A DNA stretch of 64,000 nt from Octopus vulgaris (taxonomy: Eukaryota): NCBI GenBank assembly GCA_951406725.2, contig OX597818.1, positions 49,228,001-49,292,000 on the forward strand. Direction: 5' to 3'. Positions 24,135 to 37,540 of this stretch are shown one piece after another; within the stretch, counting starts at the first letter, position 1, and every line of letters starts with the position of its first letter. A model generated the notes under the pieces. It searched no databases and was not told where the DNA came from. It saw nothing but the letters and a program-made list of their open reading frames with translations. Both the position numbers and the translations under genes were made by a program.

Positions 24135-25068
<934 letters not shown>

Positions 25069-25142
25069 AATATTAGGGAATGAATCCAAAATTACAGGGA
25101 AAAATCAGATTTAGGGTTAAATCCAATTTTATAGTAAAATAT

Positions 25143-25366
25143 TATATAATATAATTCGAGATAAAACCACTATTTTAAAACCAAACAAGGAAAGACTTAA
25201 TCAATACATAAAATTTTAATATAAATTAAATAAACCGCCACTACAAATGTTTCATGAAACATTTGTAGTGGCGGTTTATTTAATTTATATTAAAATTTTA
25301 TGTATTGATTAAGTCTTTCCTTGTTTGGTTTTAAAATAGTGGTTTTGTCTCGAATTATATTATATA
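25143..25366. repeat. 224-bp palindrome with no spacer (112-bp arms, one mismatch)
   Basis: Centre TTTCA|TGAAA at 25254/25255. Confidence 0.95.
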
Positions 25367-26729
25367 TATATATATATATATATTAATAAAAGGAATTCCA
25401 ACCTTGTCTGATTTTCACGTTTTATTTACAATCTTATAATGATATAATATAATATAATATAATATAATATAATATAATATAATATAATATAATAAAATAA
25501 AATAATAGAATGTTAAATGTTCATTCTGATTGAACTAGTACTTTCATGCATTAAATTATGCAATCTTCATGTTCATGTAGTAGTGGTGACAGTCATGCTT
25601 CACAATTTTTGACTGTAACGAGATGGTTAAATCTGTGCCTTAAATATACCTGTGTAGGCTCCAGATTGCTAGGTTTTGCAAACTGTATTCTGAACAATCA
25701 GTGTGTAGCATCACTCAATTACTTAAGCTGATTGGTTTAGGTGTCACGCTTTGTTGAACATGTCAAGAGTCCTGTATCTTAACCCTGGCAGCAATTGTTG
25801 GGCTATTTTTAGAAATGTGGTATAATAGCCTTTGTCAGGGATTTTTATATTTCAATTGTCATCATCATCATTGTCAGCACCTTAATTATTGTTGCTAGTG
25901 GTGATGGTGGTGGCAATAGAACTTTTAACCCTAAATAAGATAATTTTCCTATCTTCATATATATATATATAAATTAGAAAAAACCCCACCTTTTATCAAT
26001 TCAATAATGAAAAATTAAATTATACCATTTAGAAAAATTACATATAGAAAGATTAAATATAAGATAAAACATATAACAATGATATATATATATATATATT
26101 ATATTTTGTGAAATTTTATTTAGTATTTCTAAACTGAATTTTTCCCTGTAAGTTTGGAATAATATTCCCTCATATATATATATATATAAAGAATATGAGG
26201 GGTTTAGTTCACTGGTGATCTAAATGAAGAGGTATGCTGAGTAAGTGCTATAATTGGTTATCGTAAGGTTTCAAGTTCACAGCTGAGGCTGCAGTTAGGG
26301 ATCTGTTTTAGGTTTCCATGCTAGCAGTTATATATTAGAGAAAAAGGACAACAAAAACTAAGGCAGGAGAAGTATCACAAGTCATTTATGATAATTTAAT
26401 TAGGGTAAAGTGTATTTGAAGTCTTACAGCTGTTTCTGGGATATTCCAAATGATAGGCTAGCATGTCTGTGCACTGGGTATTCCATCATCAGAGACAAGG
26501 TGAGTATGCCAAAGTGTTGCTTGGATTTATCTGGGATTATACCTAAGGGCCTATACCTTCATGGAAGTATGGACCAACTTCCTCTGGAAAATGATGAACT
26601 GTGAACTTTATTCTCCTGTCTGTATTAGTCTATTTACTTTTAATCTTCTATTTTAATCTTCAATTTTATTCCTTATAATCTGTGAATTTCCTTGTCTAGA
26701 ACTTTCATACATACTCACCTAAAATGGTT

Positions 26730-27005
26730 TGTGTTCAGAAGGGCGTCCAGCTGTAAAAACTTTGTCAAAACTGATCTCGCCTGTGCTTATGTCGCATAAA
26801 AAGCACTACTCACTTCACCTGTGCTTGTGCCACGAAAAAAGTAGTAAGTCCACTCTGGTGAGTGGTTGGTGTCAGGAAGGGCATCCAGCTGTAAAAATTC
26901 TACCAAAACAGTCACAGTAGTCTGGTGCAGGGTTCGGTCTGGCTGGCTCTTGTGAAACCGTCTCACCCATGCTAGCATGGAAAGCGGTTGTTAAACGACC
27001 ACGAC
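26730..27005 (+). mobile_element. RTE 3'-end repeat, tail-to-tail with the next RTE
   Basis: GGAAGGGCATCCAGCTGTAAAA...GTTAAACGAC(GAT)n. Confidence 0.7.
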
Positions 27006-28340
27006 GATGATGATGATGATGATGATATCTATATATTTATCATCATTATTTCATGTCCGTTGTCCATGCTGGCATACATTGGACAGTTTGACTGGGCTGG
27101 TAAGCTAGAAGGCTGCACCAGACACCAGTCTGATTTGGCATGGTTTTCTACAGCTGGATACCCTTCTTAACCCCAACCACTGCGAGAGTGTTATGGGTAC
27201 TTTTACTTGCCACCAGCACAGGTGCCATTTGCCAGAATCTGCCACAACTACAATTTCACTTGGCTTGATGGGTCTTCTTCTCAAACACAGCATAATGTCA
27301 AAGGTCACAGTCATTTGTCATTGCCTCTGTGAGGCCCAAACACTTGAAATACTTTTCACATTCCGCTGAAGCTTAATACTCAAAAGGTGTCTTTACCCAG
27401 CCTATTCTTATTCTCACAGCTACGCTCTCAGAGCATCCACCTCCACAACTAACTTGGTCACCTAGATAATGGAAACTATCTACTACCTCTAGCTTACCCA
27501 TCTGGCAGTTGATGGGGTCTATTTTTAGTAAATTTTCTGTTTTATTGAGTGTGTGCATCTTCTACACATAATAACTATTGGGTTGTCTGGAAAGTTCGTG
27601 CCGATTTTTAAAGGAAAGAAAAAAGTCAATAAATACTTGCCATTACCCAAGCTTTACCAGGTGCTCATGAACGATGGATTTTGATTGGTTGAGGCTTTCT
27701 GCCAATTCTCGGGTTGTGCAATGTGGGTTATTCTCAATTAATGACTTGATTTGGTCATCATCTGTAATGGATGGTCTGCCTTCCAGCTCGGAACCTTGTG
27801 AACCACTTCTGTACAGTTCTTTCGGATAAAGAAACATCACCATAAACTGTGCATATTTCTTTGGCTACTTGTGAGGCATTTTTCCCTTTACAGAAAAAGA
27901 AAAGCATCAAGTGCCAGAAATGAACTTTCTTATCTTCCATTTTAAAGGGTTACAGAATTAACACAGGTTATAGAAACATAAACCTTCTCCCACGAAAAGA
28001 TAGCTTAAACTGTGCTCTAAATGGAGGTGTAGTCAAATCCTATTTTATGGACTCAACCATGTTCTAAAATAAATTGAAAGGTAAGCTACTATAAATCGGC
28101 ACAAACTTTCCGGACAACCCAATATTTTCCCAATTAACCTTCGTCTGATATTGCTGTACCTATTATGTGTCCATAGTTTGCACTGGGTACATTTTATACA
28201 GTTTCTACCAATGCCTTTCCTACAGATCGAACAGGGCCATCTACCAATGGGATTTGTGATTTGCCTCTTCTCCTATTTACTAAGACTTTGGTTTTTGCTA
28301 GATTATCTCCAAAGCCCTTTGATTCTAGACCTTGCTTCCA
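27006..28340 (-). mobile_element. RTE LINE fragment (RT end, Cys-rich segment, 3' UTR) interrupted by a mariner derivative
   Basis: LESKG..NLAKTKVL, GRWPCSICRKGIGRNCIKCTQCKLWTH, then after the insert KLEVVDSFHYLGDQVSCGGGCSESV..RIRIGW. Confidence 0.85.
27578..28122 (-). mobile_element. Internally deleted mariner element (545 bp)
   Basis: TIRs TTGGGTTGTCTGGAAAGTTCGTGCCGATTT / AAATCGGCACAAACTTTCCGGACAACCCAA, TA on both sides. Frameshifted transposase N-terminus (HTH region, 27940-27643). Confidence 0.92.
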
Positions 28341-28399
28341 TGCACGTTTCTAACTTAGATCCAAGGCTCCGTCATTGGAATTTCAACATCAACAACAGG

Positions 28400-28812
28400 C
28401 TATGTATGTATGTATGTATGTATGTATGTGTGTGTGTGTATGTATGTGTGTATGTATATGTATGTATGTATGTGTGTGTATGTATGTGTGTATGTATGTA
28501 TGTATGTATGTATGTATATATGTATGTATCTATGAATGTATGTATGCATGTATGAGTGTACGTATGTATGTATGTATGTATGTATGTATGTATGTATGTA
28601 TGTATGTGTGTGTGTATGTATGTATGTATGTGTGTGTGTGTATGTATATGTGTATGAATATATGTATGTATGTATGTATGTGTATGTATGTATGTATGTA
28701 TGTATGTATGTATATATGTATGTATCTATGAATGTATTTATGCATGTATGAGTGTACGTATGTATGTATGTATGTATGTACGTACGTACGCATGTATGTA
28801 TGTATGTATGTA
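28400..28812. repeat. (GTAT)n compound microsatellite
   Basis: Direct reading. Confidence 0.95.
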
Positions 28813-29540
28813 CAGAGTAAGAGAGAGGGGGGCAACATTATTGGCTGGTGTCTTCAACTGTGGCTGTGGATTGGCCAATGTCTTGTGATTGAAATTTAGT
28901 AGACAATATCTGAAAGCAGTGTGTCTCAATAAAATGCACTCACTGGTTAGTCACAGGGTAGATATCCAGTTATAAATAAATGTAAAACAGGAGAATATAT
29001 GACTCAGAGGAAAATAAAGTCAGTTAGTGTTCGGTTTATGTGCATATCAGAAAACAAATAACTGTGACAAGTAGAAATGCTGTGAGACCCATCTAATCCA
29101 TACCAACATGGAAAAGTAGACATAAAACAATGAAGTCCTGATAACCTGCAGATATATCTGTGGGTGGTTATCTCTGTGTGTTGTTGTAGTATTTGAATTA
29201 CATGAAATACTTCTGAACTACTTCATCTTTATCTCAGTAGATACAAATAGCATTGCCCTCCATATAATAAACAATTGATTTACAAACACCTACCTAGCAG
29301 TTAATTTGTTATTGTTATTACTATTTAACTCCAAGTGGTCCTTCAATTGGCAGACCTAGGAAGTAACTTTGATCTACACACAAAGCAAACATTAACACAG
29401 GAAGCTCACTTCTGTAGGTCTTTCTCAATTTTCTGTTTCTTTACAACTATAACCCAACCTCTAACATTAGAATACCTTAATCTATAGCCTCCACTTAGTT
29501 GTAGGCTTTTCAAGTTTGGCATATCAACTGATACGTTCTA

Positions 29541-30833
29541 TCAGGTCATCCCATAAGTTCTGTCCAATTTTACCCTTTTTAAAATTGAACGAAATTTAAT
29601 AATAGTATTTTAGAATGTCTAATGGAATTAAAAATTATTTTTATGCATTTGTGTATATTTAAACTAATTAAGTATTATTTTACAGAATAATAGAATTAAA
29701 ATTTCTATGATTAAAACCCTTTTTAACGTGGAAGTATCCAAAGAGTATTTAAGGCACATAATGCTTTATGAGTACAAAAAAGGAAACTCTGCAGCCAAAG
29801 CGACTTGAAACATACACTCAGTTTATGGGAAAGAATGCTTGAATGAAAGAACTTGCAGAAGGTGGTTTGCAAAATTCAGAAGTGGAGATTTCAGCCTTGA
29901 AGATGAAGATCGAACAGGACGTCCAGTTGAGTTTGATGATAAGCTCTTTGGGGCATTACTTCAAGATAATCATGCATTATCAGTTGAAGAATTGAATATA
30001 ATGCTTAGTTCAAACCATACAACTGTTCATCGTCATCTTCAATAACTTGGAAAGGTTCCTAAGCTTGGAAAATGGGTGCCTCATGAATTGTTTGAAAGCA
30101 ACTGCAAATCCTGAGTTGACATCTGCTCTTCTCTCAGTTCTCGTGAACTCATTTCACCCTTTTTGGATAGATTTGTGACTGGTTATGAAAAATGGATCTT
30201 CTATAGAAATGTTAAACGTTGTAAGCAGTGGCTTGGTAAAAGGGAAAAAGCTCAACCACAACCAAGAAGGGAACTTCATGGAAAAAAAGGTACTTCTCTC
30301 TATCTGGTAGGATTGCAAAGGAGTAATTCACTTTGAATTGTTACCACCTAATGCAACAATCAATGCTCAAGTCTACTGTCAGCAATTAGAGCGTTTGAAC
30401 CAAGCTTTAAAGAAAAACAGACCCACTTTAGTGAATTGAAAAGGAGTGATGTTTCATCAGGACGATGTGTGACCCCACACTGCAAAGATCACATCACAGA
30501 AGATGGAAGAGCTTGGTTGGGAAAAAATTTCTCATCCCCCTTATTCTCCCGACCTTGCTCCTTCAGACTACCATTTGTTTCATAGTTTACAGAATTATTT
30601 GGGGGACATAACTTTCGACAAGCCAGGAGGAGGTCGAAACATACATTTCAGAGTTCTTCGCTTTGAAACCAAATGAGTTTTACATTGATGGGATTAAAAA
30701 GCTTGTAAATAGATGGAAGGAAGTCCTAGATAATGAGGGAAAGTACATTGTTGATTAAATTTCAATTAAATAAAACATTTGATCACTTGTTTTCTTTATT
30801 CAAAATTCGGACAGAACTTATGGGATGACCTGA
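29541..30833 (+). mobile_element. Full-length mariner (DD34D) transposon fossil, 1293 bp
   Basis: TIRs TCAGGTCATCCCATAAGTTCTGTCC / GGACAGAACTTATGGGATGACCTGA; TA at 29539-29540 and 30834-30835. Confidence 0.95.
29728..30758 (+). pseudogene. Mariner transposase pseudogene
   Basis: WVPHEL and HPPYSPDLAPSDYHLF motifs; several stops and frameshifts; first catalytic Asp reads Tyr (TGYEKW). Confidence 0.93.
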
Positions 30834-31051
30834 TAATCAGTTGCTAAGGCATGTGAGAGATGTGTTAACCCTAATCTTTGAGGTGGACTTTAAGACTGAA
30901 CTGGTTTATCTCAATTGAACTGTACACTTAAAATAAGCCCTGAATTGATAAATCCTTCAAGTGTTTGAGAACAATAAGTGATCTACATGACAAACATTAA
31001 CTCTTTATTCATATGAAGTAAAAATTTTCTTTTTGTATACTTATACTTTAG

Positions 31052-31099
31052 TACATAAGGATAAAATGTCACGAAGTAGCACTAAATAGGAATCAGCAG
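31052..31099 (+). CDS. Candidate host-gene exon (YIRIKCHEVALNRNQQ), phase 0-0
   Basis: ttctttttgtatacttatactttAG acceptor and CAG|GTTTAT donor; the only open frame fits the next exon. Confidence 0.35.
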
Positions 31100-31135
31100 G
31101 TTTATGTAGTCTTCCTGTAATATTTTTGATTATCA

Positions 31136-31708
31136 CAGCAGCGAGCTGGCAGAAATGTTAGCACGCCAGGCGAAATGCTAAGCGGTATTTCGTCTGCCAT
31201 TACGTTCTGAGTTCAAATTCCGTCGAGGTCGACTTTGTCTTTCATCCTTTTGGGGTCGATTAAATAAGTACCAGTTACAACTGGGGTCGATATAATCGAC
31301 TTAATCCATTTGTCTGTCCTTGTTTGTCCTCTATGTGTTTAGCCCCTTGTGGGTAGTAAAGAAATAGGTATTTCGTCTGTCTTTACGTTCTGAGTTCAAA
31401 TTCCGCCAAGGTCGACTTTGCCTTTCATCCTTTCGGGGTCAATTGAATAAGTACCAGTTACGCGCTGGGGTCGATATAATCGACTTAATCCGTTTGTCTG
31501 TCCTTGTTTGTCCTCTCTGTGTTTAGCCCCTTGTGAGTAGTAAAGAAATAGGTATTTTGTCTGTCTTTATGTTCTGAGTTCAAATTCTGTTGAGGTCAAC
31601 TTTGCCTTCATCCTTTCAGGGTCGAAAGTACCAGTTGTGTACTGGGTTACATCTAATTGACTGTCACTCACCTTCAAAAGTTTGGGCCTTGTACCTAGAG
31701 TAGAAAAG
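31136..31708 (+). mobile_element. SINE A with a tandemly triplicated body inside one 17-bp TSD
   Basis: TSD AATATTTTTGATTATCA at 31119-31135 and 31709-31725; unit starts at 31186, 31369 and 31553. Confidence 0.9.
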
Positions 31709-32514
31709 AATATTTTTGATTATCAGCTACTTGTGAGTACCTCTGGTTCTATGACCCAAAATCATGAGCTCTAAATAGTTCATATTTAAATTATAACCCA
31801 CAAACAATTACAACTTAGAATTAGAACCGTTTTGTAAGAAGTTATGCTCCAAAAACCAGTTTAATATGCCAGCAAATGAAGGGCTGAAGTAGGATCTTCT
31901 ATGTAGTCAATCAAGCTGCTAGAAATAGCAATCAAATTTGTCAAAGGCTACATTAAATAATGTGGTATTTAAAAAAAATATAGGGTGGGGGGTCACAACT
32001 GGAAAAATCTTCGATTTTAGGTTTACTCATACAGGGTTGACCTGGGTTAAACAATGAAGACAAAAACAGCACCCACTAAATGAAAAAGTGAATTGTAGTT
32101 ATTTAAACCCTCTAAATTCTTAATTATTTTCACAATTAGTCAAAACACGCAGAGGCTGATTAGTTAGGTATCTGTTCATAATAGAATACAATACACCTGG
32201 GAATATTATAAACAACAAAGACAGTCATTAGCAAAGGGCAATTATCTGATGAGCTTGTGGGTCAAAGGAGCAAGTGTGTTAGTCATATCTGATGGTAAAT
32301 ATCATTTTTCCCCTGTTTTGATACCCCTTTGATACAACTTTAGGGTTGCAGGCAGAGCAGCTTGTGTTATGCTCAACAGTGCTCTGTGGTAGAGACTGCC
32401 GCTCGATGATTGGTCTGCACAGCCACACCAGGAAGTGCAGATAAACCCACCACCTTTTCCGGGCTACACCATCGTTTCTCGAGACGGACGTATGCCGAAG
32501 AAAGGAGAGGCTCT

Positions 32515-32600
32515 ACATATAGTAATCCAAGGGATTATAACTGGGGAATTAGGAGACCAGAAATTGGGATCAAAGTCATAAAAATTCTCCAACATACAGC
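32515..32600 (-). mobile_element. Tc1/mariner-superfamily transposase remnant
   Basis: LENFYDFDPNFWSPNSP, then after a frameshift YNPLDYYM (WPPNSPDLNPLDY motif). Confidence 0.55.
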
Positions 32601-32657
32601 TGTTCCTGAAAAAAAATCATCAAATTTAGCCTGATTTCTCTGTATACGTGCACGCGC

Positions 32658-32699
<42 letters not shown>

Positions 32700-32735
32700 C
32701 ATTAAAATAAGGATGGTGAATTGTACATGAACAAA

Positions 32736-32940
32736 GCATCATCATCATCATTATCATCATCATCATCATTGTTTAACGTTTGCTTTCCATGCTAGCATGG
32801 GTTGGACGATTTTGACTGAGGGCTGGCAAGCCAGATAGCTGCACCAGGCTCCAATCTTGATCTAGCAGAGTTTCTTCAGCTGGATGCCCTTCCTAATGCC
32901 AACCACTCCGAGAGTGTAGTGGGTGCTTTTTACGTGCCAT
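32736..32940 (-). mobile_element. RTE 3'-end repeat
   Basis: Same family as 5000-5515. Confidence 0.8.
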
Positions 32941-33419
32941 TACAATTGTATATACAATGTATTTTCTTTAAAACTCTGTCCGACATGTGTTTCTACCACA
33001 TAGATATCCTAGGGTGTGATATCCAGTATCATCCTGTTGGTTCAGTTGCATTATGATTTCATCCAAGGTAAACATATCCATGCAGCTTTATTCAAGTAGT
33101 TACTATTATGAGTCTTTGAAACAAACTGAAGTATATAGAATAGTGATGATCTTTTTCAATGTATATTCTTTGTATATCTCTGCTAAACACACTTATCCCC
33201 CACCAAAAATATGCATATATAGACTAAAGTGTGAAAGAGGGACAGGAACAGATATCTTGTTGTAGAGGAGATTGTTATACCTGCTGAAAAGTGAGAAAGG
33301 ACAGTAGAGATGAAATGCCAGAGCATATTCTCAAAGTACAAGAGAACGGGGTCAGATAATTGAGCGAAGGTTGGATGGGTGGATTTGCAAGAGTAAGAAG
33401 GTAAGTGACAGAAAGTTAG

Positions 33420-33870
33420 AAATGGGTATGGATACATTGAAACTCTGACGTCTGGCAGCTGACTTGGCAGACGCCCATAAAATTATTAACCGTCTTACTA
33501 ACAATAACTCTGAGCACCTTTTCAAACTCCACCTGTCTAACACCCGTGGACATGTTTACAAAGTCAGAAAACAGCACAGCTCCCATGACTTTCGGAAACA
33601 TTTTTTCATGTTAAGAGTTGCTGAAGCATGGAACAAACTGCCGGCATCAGTTGTTAGTTGTCGGAGCACTGCATCCTTCAAAACTTCCATGCTTCCTGAT
33701 ATTCACCAACACTACACCTGATTTTCTCCCCTCCATACACACAAGCATGTATCTGACTCATACACTATTCACTTCTCAGACATTTGTACATTACTGCATA
33801 TGCTTTATATGCACTTTTGACAAGTTGTGGTGCACCTGAGCACTGTATACAATAATTTCATTATTATTAT
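33420..33870 (+). mobile_element. CR1 LINE 3' end with (ATT)n tail
   Basis: NTRGHVYKVRKQHSSHDFRKHFFMLRVAEAWNKLPASVVSCRSTASFK. Confidence 0.9.
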
Positions 33871-33899
33871 TATCATTATTATTATTATTATTATTATTA

Positions 33900-33974
<75 letters not shown>

Positions 33975-33976
<2 letters not shown>

Positions 33977-34145
33977 GTTTGACTTTTGCTTTATATTTGT
34001 ACAAGTTGGCTCCAAGTCTCACCCAGAGACCTCAAGAGACAACAGGTTGGAAGTTCATGTTGTTGTTATGCCTAGTGTGCCATATATTTGTTTTTGTCTT
34101 TTTGGTGTTGTACTAGTGAATGTCCAAAAAAAAAAAAACCGAAAA
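33975..34145 (-). mobile_element. R4/Dong-like 3' UTR fragment embedded in (TAA)n
   Basis: Homologous to 12397-12545 (GGCTCCAAGTCTCACCCAGAGACCTC); TTA repeats on both sides. Confidence 0.75.
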
Positions 34146-34157
34146 TTATTATTATTA

Positions 34158-34222
<65 letters not shown>

Positions 34223-34593
34223 ATTATTATAAGATGAATGTAGTGGATAAGGAACACATGTAAATGAATATGTTCACATGTATTCATGTATATCCATGTA
34301 AAATCAATTTATCAAACAAAATTTGCAAATCTGAAGAGTTACATTCCTTTACATTAAAAGATAAATTTAACCAAAGAAATACAGATTGATAAAATAGAGT
34401 ACTCTACTCTATCAATATTGATCTAATAGATCAATATTAATATTGATCTATTAATAGATCAATATCATCTATTAAAACCATTGAGAGTGATGCTCCAGAA
34501 TATTTGCCCTTCTATGATAGAAATTAGTACAAGAATAAAGGAACATTATATTAATTTTTTCTTTTTTTTTTTCTATTCTTCTTTTTGGAATAG

Positions 34594-34627
34594 AGCTTTT
34601 CCAAGAAAGAAAAGACAGGTCATACAG
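34594..34627 (+). CDS. Candidate host-gene exon, 34 nt (SFSKKEKTGHT-G in phase 0-1; alternative frame AFPRKKRQVIQ)
   Basis: Long polypyrimidine tract + TAG acceptor and a perfect CAG|GTAAGT donor. Confidence 0.6.
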
Positions 34628-35349
34628 GTAAGTACTGAAAATTGTGAAGTTGAAATTAAATAATTCTAAAATTGTAAAATCTCAACAAGAGATCAGAGTA
34701 GTAACTATACTAACAAGTAAAGTCGATCGCCACATCAAAGTGGCTGTTCCATGTTACTACTAGTTTAACCCCTGACAGATCTTCTGCCAGCTGGTTACGT
34801 GTGTTACTGCACCCATTATCTAACTCTCACATCTCTGTAGGAGAAGGTTTATCTCTCTATTCCACTTACAGAACTTATGTCTGGGTGTTTACAAATTTGC
34901 ATTTTGTAAACAATGTTTTGAAACTGTCCATGTTTTCGAAAGGAGAGATCTGACTCTTTTCAACCATAACGTCTACCAATTTTGATGTATTTTGTCCAAA
35001 CTTGATGCCAGCATTACTTAGGACTCATGGGATCTTTGACTGCTTTAAGTTCTCCAAAAACGAAAAAAGAAACAATCAATCATCGTTTAACGCCCGCTTT
35101 CCATGCTAGCATGGATCGGACGGTTCAACTGGAGTCTGGGAAGCCCGAAGGCTGCACCAGGCCAGTCAGATCTGGTGGTGTTTCTACAGCTGGATGTCCT
35201 TCCTAACGCCAACCACTCCGTGAGTGTAGTGGGTGCTTTTTATGTGCCACCGACACAGGTGCCAGATGAGGCTGGCGAACGACCACGCTCGGATGGTGTT
35301 TTTTTACGTGCCACCGGCACGGAGGCCAGGCGAGGCTGGCACAATGAGT

Positions 35350-35546
35350 GGAAAAAAATCAATAAACCGATTCCTTATGGGATTTCCTAATCAAATTGTC
35401 TGCAAAATTTCAGCCAAAAGTTTACCAATTTCAACGGATTTCACTCAAATTTGATGTCGATGTTACTTAGTTTGCTTTGAAATAAAGAGCTTGATTAGCT
35501 TAATAATCCTAACTTAATCCCGAGCAAAGCTGGGCTATACTGCTAG
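35350..35546 (+). mobile_element. Non-autonomous Helitron 3' part
   Basis: CCCGAGCAAAGCTGGG hairpin, then CTAG|T. Confidence 0.6.
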
Positions 35547-35555
35547 TATACAATA

Positions 35556-35755
35556 TATATTGCTAGCAGGATGTGTGAACCCCTACCATCCTCTAGCAGA
35601 CAACAGGACAATATATTGCTGACTGGAGCAGACCTTGGTTATCGCTCCGGTGCTCGCGACTGAGGTTAAGCCAACCAGCTTTAAACTGAGTCAGTCTTGC
35701 AATCCTATTGTCTGCTAGAGGATGGTAGGAGTTCGCTCCCCCTGCTAGCAATATA
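35556..35755. mobile_element. MITE with long imperfect TIRs; right half repeated at approx. 36460-36612
   Basis: TATATTGCTAGCAGG...CCTACCATCCTCTAGCAGACAA / TTGTCTGCTAGAGGATGGTAGG...CCTGCTAGCAATATA. Confidence 0.7.
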
Positions 35756-36257
35756 CAGGGTGTCCACAAAGTCTGGGTACATGGAGTAAATAAAATCATA
35801 ACATAAAGAATTAAATATAAGAAATAGTAATTTCTTAAAGTATGTGTCAATCTCCATGTGGGTACATGGAGTAAATAAAATCATAACATAAACAATTGAA
35901 TATAAGAAATAATAATTTCTTAAAGTATGTGTTAATCCCCATGTGGGTACATGGAGTAAATAAAATCATAACATAAACAATTGAGTATAAGAAATAATAA
36001 TTTCTTAAAGTATGTGTTAATCCCCATGTGGGTACATGGAGTAAATAAAATCATAACATAAACAATTGAGTATAAGAAATAATAATTTCTTAAAGTATGT
36101 GTTAATGCCCATGTGGGTACATGGAGTAAATAAAATCATAACATAAACAATTGAGTATAAGAAATAGTAATTTCTTAAAGTATGTGTTAATCCCCATGTG
36201 GGTACGATGTAAATAAAATCATAACATAAAGAATTAAATATAAGAAATAGTAATTTA
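35756..36257 (+). repeat. Tc1/mariner-type end (TA-CAGGGTGTCC) followed by ~5.7 tandem copies of an 85-bp unit
   Basis: GGGTAC at 35775, 35860, 35945, 36030, 36115 and 36200. Confidence 0.9.
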
Positions 36258-36617
36258 TATAAAAGTTGCAGCATCACACTGATAACCAGTGGCCAGAAGA
36301 CTGACCTGGGGTTAAACATGCAGTAACACGGAGCAGCTACTTTAATGTGGCAATTGACTTTACTTGTTTGTATAATTACTATTCTGATCCCTTCTTAAAG
36401 ATTTTGCAACTAGCTATTTTGCTTTTTGCAAATCAGTGACTGATGGTCACTTTGTTTACAATACATTGCTGGCTGGAGCAGATCCTGACTCTCACTGTGG
36501 TGACCAGGTGCTCATGGTTGAGGATGAGCCAACCAGCTTGAAACTGAGTCAGTCTCGTGATCCTGTTGTCTGCTAGAGGATGGTAGGAATTCGCTCCCCC
36601 TGCTAGCAATCTACACA

Positions 36618-37010
36618 TCTCTATATATAAAAGTAAGGTTGTGTGCTGTCTGTCTCCTACGATTTAGATTCCTAACTACTCCCACATTTTGTGGTGCAGT
36701 TTAACCAAAACCGGGTATCTTATAGTCGTGATTCATATCGAGCCCTTCTGGGTATTAGCGTGCGTCTTCGATGAGTCTATGATTTAAAAAAAAATTTACC
36801 ATCAATTTTTCCCATTTTTAATGCATTTTTGGCATATATAAGGGAAGTAACTCTCTAAAAATTTATTATTAAATCTCAGAATGTAAAAAGCTACAGTAAC
36901 ACCCCCCTGTGGTTAGCCATATTGAGATGGCTATTATACTTTACATCTCTAAAAATGCTTATATAGTTATTTCCCTTACAAACCCGAGCAACGTCGGACG
37001 ATACTGCTAG
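36618..37010 (+). mobile_element. Non-autonomous Helitron
   Basis: A|TC 5' end, subterminal CCCGAGCAACGTCGG hairpin, CTAG|T 3' end, no TSD. Confidence 0.8.
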
Positions 37011-37127
37011 TTGTATATAAAGCATGCAGTGTCGCACCAATAACCAGCTGGTGGAAGATCTGCTTGGGGTTAAACTAGTAGTAACATGGAACACCCCTAG
37101 CTAGCAATCTATATATTGTATATACAT

Positions 37128-37540
37128 AGGCGTAGGCATGGCTGTGTGGTAAGTAGCTTGCTTACCAACCACATGGTTCCAGGTTCATTCCCACTGCATG
37201 GCACCTTGGGCAAATGTCTTCTACTATAGCATCGGGCTGACCAAAGCCTTGTGAGTGGATTTGGTAGACAGAAACTGAAAGAAGCCCGCCGTATATGTGT
37301 ATATATATATATGTGTGTGTGTGTCTATGTGCTTGTGTGTCTGTGTTTGTCCCTCCAACATCGCTTGACAATCGATGCTGGTGTGTTTACGTCCCCATAA
37401 CTTAGTGGTTCGGCAAAAGAGACCAATAGAATAAGTACTAGGCTTACAAAGAACAAGTCCTGGGGTCGATTTGCTCGACTAAAGGCGGTGCTCCAGCATG
37501 GCCACAGTCAAATGACTGAAACAAATAAAAGAGTAAAAGC
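37128..37540 (+). mobile_element. SINE family B, full length
   Basis: Homology to other copies. Confidence 0.9.

Noticed and set aside
26430-26499. Candidate 70-nt exon (CFWDIPNDRLACLCTGYSIIRDK) with a GTGAGT donor
   Set aside because: Weak acceptor, and its phase-2 start has no supported partner once 20521-20765 is rejected. Not excluded, but unsupported.
35775-36257. Regularly spaced repeat array resembling CRISPR
   Set aside because: Units are contiguous and near-identical with no unique spacers; eukaryotic context; no cas genes.
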